In this document: positions 29,333 to 38,823 of the stretch, piece after piece | Layout: every line of letters starts with the position of its first letter | How positions within the stretch are numbered: the stretch's first letter is position 1 | Source: Eubacteriales bacterium | Lineage (GTDB): Bacteria; Bacillota; Clostridia; Oscillospirales; CAG-382 | Assembly (NCBI GenBank): GCA_028705495.1 | Contig: JAQWDK010000001.1 | Coordinates: 159,228-223,227, forward strand | DNA: 64,000 nucleotides | Reading direction: 5' to 3' | The notes under the pieces: generated by a model | The model's database searches: none | What the model was told of the DNA's origin: nothing | The model's input: the letters and a program-made list of their open reading frames with translations, nothing else | Translations under genes and position numbers: made by a program

Positions 29333-31099
29333 ATGATGAAATACTTTGACTTCGTAAAGTTCACTTTATATAATGAATACTGGTATATAAACTGTTTAAC
29401 TAAAGGTAATTTTAATGATGAAGGCACTATTGTATCAAAATTCATCTTACCAAAGAAAAAGGAAAAAGAGTTCAAAAATCAATTAGGCAATTTCCATTAT
29501 AACAATCTTGGAATCATTCCGGACGAAATCCTTCAAAAAGTGTCAAGCTCTCTTCCAATTGAAGAGGTTATTGACTTTTTACATAATAATTATCTTGAAG
29601 TGCTAACCCTTATAGAAAAAACAAAGGTACATAATATTGCAGTTATAAGTAACTTTTCAGATGAAGTCTCAGAGTTATTAATGCAAATAGATAGAATTTG
29701 GATTTGCAATCCTGAACCTTTGACAGTGAACGAAAATGGTGAGCTTAAGGTAGTTTTTGACGCAAGCGCTGGGTATCAAACCTCACTTGTTTTCAAAAAT
29801 GCTGAGATATCTCAAGAAGTAAATTTTGAATTTGAAGATATTAATAGTTATGAATATTCAAAAGAAAATGAGTTTTATACCCTTGACATTGCAACTTCGA
29901 ATGATATTGTTACTATTAAATTTAGCGATGTTGAACGAGTTCAAGAGTTCTTTGATTACTCATCAAGTTTAATAAACCCCACTACGCCAAAAGATTTTTA
30001 TCCATGGACTATTGTTGCAAACATACTCAATGAACTTAAACTTCTTGAATCAAAATTTGGAGCAGAACGATTAAACAACAAAGAAAAGGTCTTCTTGCCT
30101 CTTGTTAATTTTGCCCCTATTATGTTTCAATATAGCCTCTTTGATATTGCTGAGCACGATCGCAATATTAAGAGTATTGAGTTTTTTGAAACTCTTGTCA
30201 AAGAGCACAATGTTGAATATCTAATACCGCTATTAAATCAACTTAAACAATGTACCGACAAGTCAAAATTATTACACCTTACTCGAAAAGTTAGTCTTGC
30301 GTTGTTTGATAAACGCTGCGAACCGTTATGGAGACGAATTTATCAAGACTTAAAAGACGCAGCTTCGGTGTACCCGTTAAAGAATGAAATTAATAAATAT
30401 GATCTCGAAACCGAACGCAAACGCATAACAAAATTTTTATTATCACAAGATTATACCGGGAAGTACCCCTTTTTTAAAAAGCTTACGTCTTTAAAAGGTA
30501 TAAAAATGCTTGCAAATCTAACTAACACATACTTTGTTGGACATGAAAAAAACATGGCTTCCTATATATTTTGTGAAGAAAGCTTCCTTTATGATGATAG
30601 ACTTTTTATCTCTTATCTTTGTGGTACAATCTTTTTAAAACCGAAACAATTAGATAAATTCGACCAACTTGATGCATATAGTGCATTTTTTGTTGACAAA
30701 GGTCGTAGATTTACTTCAATTGTTAGACAAAGTGTTTATGATTTTGATGATAATATGATTGTAAAACCAGACATTTCTATTGCTTTGATAGCAGCTAAAA
30801 AAGCAAGCGTGCAAAGATTGACAAAAGAAGAAAACAATAAAATAATGTCTGCAGATAATACCAGCATTTTAACAATTATAATAGCTTGTATGGTTTTTGG
30901 CAGCTTCCTTTTTGGTCTTGCAATGACAATCGCAATGATGGTTATAACATTTATTTTGGGAGTTACTGAAAACCAATCAATTGAATTAATTATGGAATTT
31001 ATTAAAACATTTCCTTGGCACTGGGTATTTTTAGGTTCAGGACTTCCATTCGGTATAATTTTAGGGATGTTTACGATTATAGCCAGGAAGAGAAAGTAG
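29333..31099 (+). CDS. Unknown 588-aa protein, large soluble N-region plus 2-3 C-terminal TM helices
   Basis: GAGGAAAAATG start context. The C-terminus is ILTIIIACMVFGSFLFGLAMTIAMMVITFILGV...WVFLGSGLPFGIILGMFTIIA. I recognise no family. Confidence 0.55.
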   Translation: MMKYFDFVKFTLYNEYWYINCLTKGNFNDEGTIVSKFILPKKKEKEFKNQLGNFHYNNLGIIPDEILQKVSSSLPIEEVIDFLHNNYLEVLTLIEKTKVHNIAVISNFSDEVSELLMQIDRIWICNPEPLTVNENGELKVVFDASAGYQTSLVFKNAEISQEVNFEFEDINSYEYSKENEFYTLDIATSNDIVTIKFSDVERVQEFFDYSSSLINPTTPKDFYPWTIVANILNELKLLESKFGAERLNNKEKVFLPLVNFAPIMFQYSLFDIAEHDRNIKSIEFFETLVKEHNVEYLIPLLNQLKQCTDKSKLLHLTRKVSLALFDKRCEPLWRRIYQDLKDAASVYPLKNEINKYDLETERKRITKFLLSQDYTGKYPFFKKLTSLKGIKMLANLTNTYFVGHEKNMASYIFCEESFLYDDRLFISYLCGTIFLKPKQLDKFDQLDAYSAFFVDKGRRFTSIVRQSVYDFDDNMIVKPDISIALIAAKKASVQRLTKEENNKIMSADNTSILTIIIACMVFGSFLFGLAMTIAMMVITFILGVTENQSIELIMEFIKTFPWHWVFLGSGLPFGIILGMFTIIARKRK

Positions 31100-31183
31100 C
31101 TAACTGTAAATATAACTGCATTGAGATAAGGTTTAAAAGACATAAAATTTACTATAATTAAAATAATTATTTAAGGGTAAAGC

Positions 31184-31843
31184 ATGAGAAAAAATAAAAA
31201 TAAATATAAATATAAATCCGCTCTTCCGGAACAAGTGCTCGATGAAATTACGCTGTATGTTAAAGCTGCTGCAGAAATTTACGGAGTTATTGCGATTAGC
31301 AAGCTTGCAGAAATAATAAATTCTCAAAATGAATATCAAGTTACGGAAGAAGATATAGAATTTGTATTTAATCGTGGAGAACATTTTTTCTGTTGTAATT
31401 ATGATAAAAATATAATTCACGAATCTTTAATGATAAATGACGATGACGAAGATTATTATAATATACTCACTAGGCAGGAGGACAAACCTTATAAAGTGCC
31501 AGAAAAGGATGAGTTTTTAAAATATTCAGACAATGATACAATACAAGTACCAGAAGCATTTAAAAAGCTGCGTAAATACCTTGTCGCCGAAGTTGAAATA
31601 ATGCGTGATTTTGCCGAAGAAATATGCGACGACTTATTTATTGGAATTAATTTTAATGATGAAGTTGAAAACATCATTGTCGAATTTTCAAGACGGGGAA
31701 TATACCCAACAGATGATCAAATGGAGTGTATAACTAAACTTTATTTCGAGTGTCGTGAAAAAATATCTCTCTGGGAAAACCGTGGCTATTCCTACGAGGA
31801 ACTAAATCAAATGGGGGTAAATATTGAATATGATGATGAATAG
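31184..31843 (+). CDS. Unknown acidic 219-aa protein
   Basis: A K-rich N-terminus followed by a strongly acidic body (INDDDEDYY, EYDDE*). The stop overlaps the fnlC start region. Confidence 0.5.
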   Translation: MRKNKNKYKYKSALPEQVLDEITLYVKAAAEIYGVIAISKLAEIINSQNEYQVTEEDIEFVFNRGEHFFCCNYDKNIIHESLMINDDDEDYYNILTRQEDKPYKVPEKDEFLKYSDNDTIQVPEAFKKLRKYLVAEVEIMRDFAEEICDDLFIGINFNDEVENIIVEFSRRGIYPTDDQMECITKLYFECREKISLWENRGYSYEELNQMGVNIEYDDE

Positions 31844-32978
31844 ACTTAAACTAATGACAATAATCGGCACAAGGCCTGAGATCATCCGCTTGTCCGAGAC
31901 TATAAAAAAATGTGATAAATATTTTAATCAAATTCTTGTGCATACGGGACAGAACTATGATTACGAGTTAAATCAGGTGTTTTTTGACGATCTCTCTCTG
32001 CGCGCCCCTGACTTTTTTCTAAATGCAGTCGGAGCTGATTTAGGTGAAACGATCGGCAATATAATCGCTAAATCATATAAGCTTATGGCCGAACAAAAAC
32101 CCGATGCGCTGCTTATTTTGGGAGACACGAATTCATGTCTGTCTGCAATTTCCGCAAAGAGGCTGCATATTCCAATATTCCACATGGAAGCAGGTAACCG
32201 CTGCTTTGACGAGTGCCTTCCGGAGGAAACCAACAGGCGAATAGTTGACCATATCGCTGACGTCAACCTCTGCTACAGCGAGCACGCAAGGCGTTATCTG
32301 AATGCAGAGGGTACTGCCAAGGAGCGCACCTATGTCACAGGTTCACCTATGGCGGAGGTGCTGCGCTCCAACCTCGATAAAATTAACTCGAGTACAATAC
32401 TTGACAAGTTAAAGCTTGAAAAAGGGAAGTACATTCTTCTTTCTGCTCACCGTGAGGAAAACATCGACACGGAAGCAAACTTTTTCAGCTTAATGAACGC
32501 AGTCAACGCAATGGCTGAGAAATATGATATGCCAATCCTGTACTCCTGCCATCCGAGAAGTGCAAATTATATCGAGAAACGTGGGTTTAAGTTTGATAAG
32601 CGTGTGATACAAAATAAGCCACTTGGATTCCATGATTATAACAATTTACAGATGAACGCTTTTGCTGTTGTCTCGGACAGCGGTACACTCCCGGAAGAGT
32701 CTAGTTTCTTCCTGTCTGTCGGAAATCCATTCCCAGCAGTTTGCATCCGTACCTCCACCGAACGCCCAGAAGCGCTCGACAAGGGCAACTTCATACTCGC
32801 AGGCATCACCATAGAACAAGTGCTGCAGGCAGTCGATATCGCAGTAGAGATGAACCGCAACGGCGACTACGGCATTCCTGTACCGGACTACACAGAAGAA
32901 AATGTGAGCACCAAGGTCGTGAAGATAATTCAATCATATACAGGTATCGTGGATAGGATGGTCTGGAGAAAATATTAG
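31824..32978 (+). CDS. fnlC: UDP-2-acetamido-2,6-dideoxy-L-talose 2-epimerase (FnlC/CapG)
   Basis: LMTIIGTRPEIIRLSETIKKCDKYFNQILVHTGQNYDYELNQVFF is the CapG/FnlC-type epimerase N-terminus. The true start is probably one of the ATGs at 31830-31836. Confidence 0.85.
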   Translation: MNMMMNRLKLMTIIGTRPEIIRLSETIKKCDKYFNQILVHTGQNYDYELNQVFFDDLSLRAPDFFLNAVGADLGETIGNIIAKSYKLMAEQKPDALLILGDTNSCLSAISAKRLHIPIFHMEAGNRCFDECLPEETNRRIVDHIADVNLCYSEHARRYLNAEGTAKERTYVTGSPMAEVLRSNLDKINSSTILDKLKLEKGKYILLSAHREENIDTEANFFSLMNAVNAMAEKYDMPILYSCHPRSANYIEKRGFKFDKRVIQNKPLGFHDYNNLQMNAFAVVSDSGTLPEESSFFLSVGNPFPAVCIRTSTERPEALDKGNFILAGITIEQVLQAVDIAVEMNRNGDYGIPVPDYTEENVSTKVVKIIQSYTGIVDRMVWRKY

Positions 32979-33266
32979 TAATGGTGTCATGATAGAATAC
33001 AAGTCTTGAGTAAGGATTGGTGTTAAAGATGGGGCATTGCTTTTTTTAATAATGTTATCTTATATTTAGTTATAAACGAGTTTTGATTGATGTATTATGA
33101 ATACCCAAATAAGGGTGCGTTTTCATTATATATTGCCTTTTAGGATTTTCTTTACCCAAATGAATTACTTACAATACTTGACATTGCTTGCAGTATAGGT
33201 TATTATATTCATAATGAATTAAGATACTTTTGCTTCATAGTAAAAGAAAGCTTTTAGGGTAAAGAA

Positions 33267-33656
33267 ATGAAAAAATATTTGACGATTGCGCTTCTAGCGA
33301 TTATACCAATGTTCTTAATGACCAAAGCGGATTCTATAAAATTTACAGCTGAAGTGACAGAACCTCCTTTGATATATAACGCTTATTTTCCTTTAAATAT
33401 TAATGTACACGATAGTACGGCAGACTTTGAAATCTATATTGATAAATGGTCTGGCTTCCTTAAAGAGAAGTGTCTTGTTATTAAACTGGAATCTGATTTG
33501 AGATTTTACTTCGATGGAGAAGAGACTGATACAGCAAGAATTTTCTTAGGGCAGTATACAGGTGAAAAATATGCGCTGAAAATAAAGGCTGTGGGCACAG
33601 ATGGTGTTCACGAGTTTACTACGCAAGTAAGTACAGAAGAACCGAGTTTAGATTAA
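33267..33656 (+). CDS. Small secreted protein, unknown
   Basis: Signal peptide MKKYLTIALLAIIPMFLMTKADS. Confidence 0.45.
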   Translation: MKKYLTIALLAIIPMFLMTKADSIKFTAEVTEPPLIYNAYFPLNINVHDSTADFEIYIDKWSGFLKEKCLVIKLESDLRFYFDGEETDTARIFLGQYTGEKYALKIKAVGTDGVHEFTTQVSTEEPSLD

Positions 33657-33794
33657 TATATGATGAGTTGAATATAACGATTGTCTCAACCAGAATTACC
33701 TAAGTTAATGATTTGGTTGAGAAAACAGAGAAAGAGTAATAGATCAATGTCTTAAATTCCAACCCCTATTATATACCGCTTATTAAATTAGTAA

Positions 33795-33850
33795 AATCCC
33801 GATAAGGTATAGTGTGCTAGCCATCGTGTTAGTTGTACCTTATCGGGATT
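33795..33850 (+). terminator. Hairpin terminator candidate
   Basis: A 15-bp stem, aatcccgataaggta (33795-33809) / taccttatcgggatt (33836-33850), followed by attttat. Confidence 0.5.
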
Positions 33851-33923
33851 ATTTTATATCTATCTCTTTATGCATTTATGTGGTTCTTTGTCTTTAGCAA
33901 ATAATAAACTTTTATAAAACAAC

Positions 33924-33952
33924 TTGACAGTTCATTTGTACACTGTTATAAT
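33924..33952 (+). promoter_or_regulatory. Sigma-A type promoter of helicase gene
   Basis: TTGACA (33924-33929), a 17-nt spacer, then TATAAT (33947-33952). Confidence 0.55.
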
Positions 33953-33965
33953 AAAAACACGCTCA

Positions 33966-33977
33966 GAACAAATGTTC
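33966..33977. promoter_or_regulatory. LexA (Cheo/SOS) box
   Basis: aGAACaaatGTTCt is a perfect GAAC-N4-GTTC that fits CGAACRNRYGTTYC. It lies 14 nt downstream of the -10. Confidence 0.6.
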
Positions 33978-34095
33978 TTGCTATTTATGAGTATAATAGA
34001 TAAACATATGAAATCATTATCATTGAGAGCTATTTACCGGAAAGCAATAAAAACGAACGAAAAAGAAGATGCTTTATTAGAAAGGATCACACTTC

Positions 34096-36279
34096 ATGCT
34101 TAATTTAGATGGCTTAAACGAAAAACAAATAGAGGCTGTAACATCAATAGATGGTTATTTTCGTGTTATTGCAGGTGCAGGATCAGGAAAAACAAAGGCA
34201 CTGACGCATCGTTATGCTTATCTCGTAGGCGAAGCAGGTATACCTCCACGCAATATTTTGTGTGTAACTTTTACGAATAAAGCGGCTTGTGAAATGAAAA
34301 AACGTGTCAAAGCTCTCGTTGGTAAAGACTGCGATACATCCTTAATAACAACCTATCACGGCTTTTGTGCAAGGGTATTACGAGAAGATATTAGCGGTTT
34401 GTTTTATCCGGAAAACTTCTTGATTCTTGATACACCTGACCAGAAGGTAATATTAAGTGAAATATACGACCGTCTTAATATAAGCCTCGATTTCGCATCA
34501 TATGAAGACATATGCTTGGCAATTGATATATATAAAGACGACCAGTCCTATGTTGATTATCTTGTTGATCCCAAAGCTGAAATACATCCCGAAAAAGCCA
34601 AAAGCCTTAAAGAAAAAATAATATTGAATTATTTAATAGGACAAAAAAAGATATTTGGGTTAGATTTTAACGACTTGATGTACTTTACATTTGCGCTCTT
34701 TAAGAAAAAACCGGAGATAAAACAAAAATGGCAGGAGCAGATACAATATATACTCGTTGATGAATTTCAAGACTGCTCGAAGCGTGAATATAGACTTATA
34801 AATATTTTAAGTGAAGTTAACAAAAATCTTTTTGTCGTTGGAGATCCCGATCAAACTATTTACGGCTGGCGTGGAGCTGACATGAAAATAATAATGGATT
34901 TCGATAAAAAGTATCCTAAAACTAAAACAATCATGTTAAACCAAAACTACCGCTCTACACCCGAAATAATCGCAACAGCAAATTCTCTTATTGCAAACAA
35001 CAAGATACGAATAGAAAAAGAGCTTTTTTCAAAGCTCGAACCTGGTGTGCTTCCAGAACATCTACATGCTACAGATGAAAAAAGCGAAGCCGAAGGTATA
35101 ATAAAAAGAATTAAAGCACTACTAAACGAAGGCTATAGATATAGTGATATTGCAATATTATATCGTGCTGCTTATGTATCAAGATTTATTGAGCAATATT
35201 TCACAAAAGAGGGAATACCGTTTGAGATATTCGGAAGCCTTAGGTTTTTTGAGCGCATGGAGATAAAAGATGCGCTTGCATTTCTACGGCTTGCCGCATT
35301 TGGTGATGATATATCATTTCTTCGCATTATAAACAAACCGAGAAGGCGAATGGGCAAGCCGAAGGTTGTTTATTTAAAAGAACTTGCGGCAGCTCATGGT
35401 GGCACGCTCTATGAAAATCTTAAAAATCATCTTGGTGATGAAATCTTTGCTAATACTGGTGCAGCTCAATTTGTTACTTTGATTGAAGAACTTCGTGCCA
35501 AAGTAGACAGCGTAAATCCATCAGTTCTATTACAATTAGCGTTATTGAAATCGGGTTACGAAGAATTTATACGCAAAGACGGAGATATGGACAGACTTGA
35601 TAACATCGCCGAACTTAAACGCACGGTTGAAGTATACCAAGAAAACTACGGAGAATTTTTGCCACTCAAAGTCTTTTTACAACAGATAGCGGTAGGGTTT
35701 GATAATGAAGCAGACGATAAACGCAACTTTATTAAGCTGATGACGATACATGCGGCTAAAGGTCTTGAGTTTCCAGCTGTCTTCGTTTGTGGTATGACCG
35801 AAGGCATCTTTCCGTCAAGCAGGACAATAGAAGAATGGTTCCAAGCCGGGCTTGAAGAAGAGCGTAGGTTATTCTATGTTGCAATCACTAGGGCAAAAAA
35901 CAAACTCTACCTAACAGAATCAGAAGGTATCGGAGCTAATAATCAAAAAACACCGTCACGATTTCTTTTTGAAATAAATGAGAATTTATATACCAGAACT
36001 GGCCGTATACCTGAAGAACTTATTCGAAAAACGAAGAAGAAGGCTGGTATATCCAATAAAGCGGAAACGCAAACCTATCAAGTTGGCAGTTCGGTTTTAC
36101 ATCCGTTGTTTGGTGAAGGTATCATCGAGAGCATTGATGACAAATATAAAGTTTATAATGTAAGGTTTAAGAAAAATGGTGCGATTAAATCTATTAGATT
36201 TGATTATGTTGGATTGTCTCAAATAAATAATGACACATCTAGTAGATTAGAGGAATCATTTTTAAATTTCAATCTTTGA
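34096..36279 (+). CDS. UvrD/PcrA/Rep-family SF1 DNA helicase
   Basis: Walker A AGAGSGKTKALTHR, VDEFQDCS, TIHAAKGLEF and LFYVAITRAKNKLYL. The C-terminal SVLHPLFGEGIIESID...YNVRF is a Tudor-like tail. Confidence 0.9.
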   Translation: MLNLDGLNEKQIEAVTSIDGYFRVIAGAGSGKTKALTHRYAYLVGEAGIPPRNILCVTFTNKAACEMKKRVKALVGKDCDTSLITTYHGFCARVLREDISGLFYPENFLILDTPDQKVILSEIYDRLNISLDFASYEDICLAIDIYKDDQSYVDYLVDPKAEIHPEKAKSLKEKIILNYLIGQKKIFGLDFNDLMYFTFALFKKKPEIKQKWQEQIQYILVDEFQDCSKREYRLINILSEVNKNLFVVGDPDQTIYGWRGADMKIIMDFDKKYPKTKTIMLNQNYRSTPEIIATANSLIANNKIRIEKELFSKLEPGVLPEHLHATDEKSEAEGIIKRIKALLNEGYRYSDIAILYRAAYVSRFIEQYFTKEGIPFEIFGSLRFFERMEIKDALAFLRLAAFGDDISFLRIINKPRRRMGKPKVVYLKELAAAHGGTLYENLKNHLGDEIFANTGAAQFVTLIEELRAKVDSVNPSVLLQLALLKSGYEEFIRKDGDMDRLDNIAELKRTVEVYQENYGEFLPLKVFLQQIAVGFDNEADDKRNFIKLMTIHAAKGLEFPAVFVCGMTEGIFPSSRTIEEWFQAGLEEERRLFYVAITRAKNKLYLTESEGIGANNQKTPSRFLFEINENLYTRTGRIPEELIRKTKKKAGISNKAETQTYQVGSSVLHPLFGEGIIESIDDKYKVYNVRFKKNGAIKSIRFDYVGLSQINNDTSSRLEESFLNFNL

Positions 36280-36415
36280 AACTTTAAGAAGAGATTGATA
36301 TAGCTGACTTTAATTAGATATACTCCTCATAGCAGATATAATCGTAGTGTGTTTGTTATAAAAAAACTTCGAAGTTCAAAACGTAGATATACATCTGCCA
36401 CGCACAATAGAGGAA

Positions 36416-37525
36416 TCAATTTTCTTGATATACATTAGATGCCTCATCCGGTTTTAGATAGGCATACAAATAGTGATCAAATAAATAAAACTCCGTTTCT
36501 TTATACGGATATTGTCGGTCGTATGAACCAATATTTTGAGCATTACCGATTTTATCAATTCTCAAATTTGCACGTCGAAATGTTTGTGGCACGGTCAATT
36601 GTTTGTACATGGAATAGTTGAAAGAATCTGAAATAGAAATATGATTGCAAATATCGGATAACTCTTTTTCAGGAGAGTAGAGTGCAAATAGGGCCAAATT
36701 AACGCCAATCGAATATGCAAAAATATCGTTTTCTACTTGCTTTGAGTAGTAAGTAAGGCCTGACAATCCTTTTTTCATGCATGCTAACATAACTAATTGA
36801 GAAATAATATATTCAGATTTGAATACTCGATTTGATTCTTTAACTTTGAAAGATGTTGCAAGTGACAATAGAAATAACTTGAAGATGCTTTTACGATTTA
36901 CATCTGAATATTTTTTTGACCAGCAAAAATCTCTAAAGTTTACTGCTAAGTTTAAAATCTGTTGTGTGTTATCCAAAGTCACTGGAGATACATTAAACAT
37001 ATGGTCAGCAGGTCTGCCCATCTCCATCCAGCAGACATATGAAGAAGTTCCTAAATACAAGCAGGGAAGCCCCAGAATACTAAAACGTTCTGACTTTACT
37101 ATTGAACGTTTTGAAAAAGGAATATGTAGCATTTCTTTACCTTTATAATCAGTGATTTTCTCATTGCAACGTGCTCTGAAAAACTGGACGTCTTGTTCGC
37201 ATAAATATGTACAAAAGGAAATGCTATTGTTTATGTGTGACACTGCTAAGCGACTATCACAAACTTCCAATATTAGTTCATCCATTTGATGTTGGGCTTC
37301 AAAAATATAGCCGCAGTAATACTGATCGACAGCAAATAGTAGCACACTTCTGTATTTCTTTACTTCTTCCACATAATGGTCCTCTGCATTAACTTCTATG
37401 AGAGCATCCTCCAACTTTTGAAAAATTTCTTTTAATGCCCCCCTATATTCGTTGTCTTTGCTGATTATAATTGGAGTGTAAAAAAGGTTATGTTTTTCCC
37501 AGAATCGATCAATCCAGTCACACAT
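36416..37525 (-). CDS. RES-domain protein with unassigned N- and C-terminal regions
   Basis: FFRARC (about aa 115) and SERFSILGLPCLYLGTSSYVCWMEMGRP...NVSPV fit the R-E-S core pattern of RES toxins. About 110 N-terminal and about 100 C-terminal residues are unassigned. Confidence 0.6.
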   Translation of the reverse strand: MCDWIDRFWEKHNLFYTPIIISKDNEYRGALKEIFQKLEDALIEVNAEDHYVEEVKKYRSVLLFAVDQYYCGYIFEAQHQMDELILEVCDSRLAVSHINNSISFCTYLCEQDVQFFRARCNEKITDYKGKEMLHIPFSKRSIVKSERFSILGLPCLYLGTSSYVCWMEMGRPADHMFNVSPVTLDNTQQILNLAVNFRDFCWSKKYSDVNRKSIFKLFLLSLATSFKVKESNRVFKSEYIISQLVMLACMKKGLSGLTYYSKQVENDIFAYSIGVNLALFALYSPEKELSDICNHISISDSFNYSMYKQLTVPQTFRRANLRIDKIGNAQNIGSYDRQYPYKETEFYLFDHYLYAYLKPDEASNVYQEN

Positions 37526-37618
37526 ATTTTCCTCCTATTCTAAAAAACGGCGTTCTTTCGAAAGTACAGTAATAGTAATTAAACTTATCTCAATTGCTAC
37601 CATATGCTTGTCCACCAA

Positions 37619-37846
37619 CTAAACAAACTGCGAAGTTTGTATCATATCAAAATGAATAAAAGCTTCTTTTATATTAGCTTGCTTGTCTACGGGACAAGGA
37701 TGTGTTCGGTAATTTACGGAATAACGATTTGGAGATACTTTGGGTTGTAGACCACAAACTTCCTTCATGTGTGCGATCCAACAAGTTTTCGGTGAATAGC
37801 CGTATACATCTTTAATATATTCTTGAATTTGTTTATATGTAGCCAC
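37619..37846 (-). CDS. Small 75-aa protein, unknown (possible partner/antitoxin of RES protein)
   Basis: MATYKQIQEYIKDVYGYSPKTCWIAHMKEVCGL... has GGAGGG before the ATG and sits directly upstream of the RES gene on the same strand. Confidence 0.45.
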   Translation of the reverse strand: MATYKQIQEYIKDVYGYSPKTCWIAHMKEVCGLQPKVSPNRYSVNYRTHPCPVDKQANIKEAFIHFDMIQTSQFV

Positions 37847-37902
37847 TTGGCACCCTCCTTAAGTGTTTAAACATAATGAGAAGTCTATAAATCTTTTATC
37901 AA

Positions 37903-38823
37903 CTAAATCTTACTCATCTTTTGAACTTCATTTGCAATCTGATCTTCTTTTTTTTGATGTGTAAATTGCCTATACTTGTAGAACCAATCTGGTATCAGAA
38001 AGGAGTTTTCTCTACTTTCTTGGATTTTGTGTTGCAATGAGACAAGTTCAACATTTAATTTTTCTAAATTGCTTCCGATAAATTTCCGTTCTACTACTTC
38101 ACAACTTTTTTCCAACTCGCTTAAACGTTTAATATCTCCATTAGCATTAATGTAATTTGTAAAACAATAATCCGCGATTGGGACAAACCACGAGATAACG
38201 CAAATAAATTTAATCAAAGTTGGATTTATTAATAAAAAAACTATTAGCAACACGATAGATATGGCTATTAGGAAAATAATTTGAAAGATTTTATATTCAT
38301 GTCGCAATATTTTATCCCAACGAACGTTTTCTCTCTGACAATGAAAAACTTGTTGTTCTGCAGAGAGTGACGAATAGTCACTATACCAGTTAACAATCTC
38401 ATCGAACGCTGATTTGTCTACCTCACTCACAGCGTCTGCTATATTTGAACGAGTAAGTAAATGCCCCCACTCACTGATATTATTGCCAAGTATACCAGAA
38501 TACAAAATAACATCAAAGTACTGCTGAACTGCAGCTGCATGTTTTTTGTGTTTGTTGATAAACAGATCAATATATTTTGAAGTTATGAGCAATAACACAG
38601 CCAGGAGGAAAGAAACGGCTGTAAGCCAATCAATATTAAGCCAAGAGGATAAAACTGAAATAATCGCAAAAAGAAATGTCACCAAACTTTTGAATGCTGC
38701 TGCCTTCTTTGCTAAACTATACTCTCCACGTTGGGCTAAGAGACATTTCAGCAACAGCTCATCATTCTGTTGTTTAAAAATACTTTTATTCATATTTTGG
38801 GAAGTCGCTTCCAAGTATCTCAC
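37903..38823 (-). CDS. Four-TM effector-like protein (S-4TM/SLATT-type)
   Basis: Two TM pairs: FKSLVTFLFAIISVLSSWL / LTAVSFLLAVLLLITSKYI and IFQIIFLIAISIVLLIVFLLI / LIKFICVISWFVPIADYCF. A coiled C-terminus follows. The start (38823, or ATG 38793) overlaps the stop of the NTase gene. Confidence 0.55.
   Translation of the reverse strand: MRYLEATSQNMNKSIFKQQNDELLLKCLLAQRGEYSLAKKAAAFKSLVTFLFAIISVLSSWLNIDWLTAVSFLLAVLLLITSKYIDLFINKHKKHAAAVQQYFDVILYSGILGNNISEWGHLLTRSNIADAVSEVDKSAFDEIVNWYSDYSSLSAEQQVFHCQRENVRWDKILRHEYKIFQIIFLIAISIVLLIVFLLINPTLIKFICVISWFVPIADYCFTNYINANGDIKRLSELEKSCEVVERKFIGSNLEKLNVELVSLQHKIQESRENSFLIPDWFYKYRQFTHQKKEDQIANEVQKMSKI

Noticed and set aside
34096-36279. UvrD-like helicase read as the GajB component of a Gabija defence system.
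   Set aside because: No OLD-family/ATPase-TOPRIM GajA partner is adjacent. The protein has full PcrA/UvrD length and motifs, plus an SOS box.
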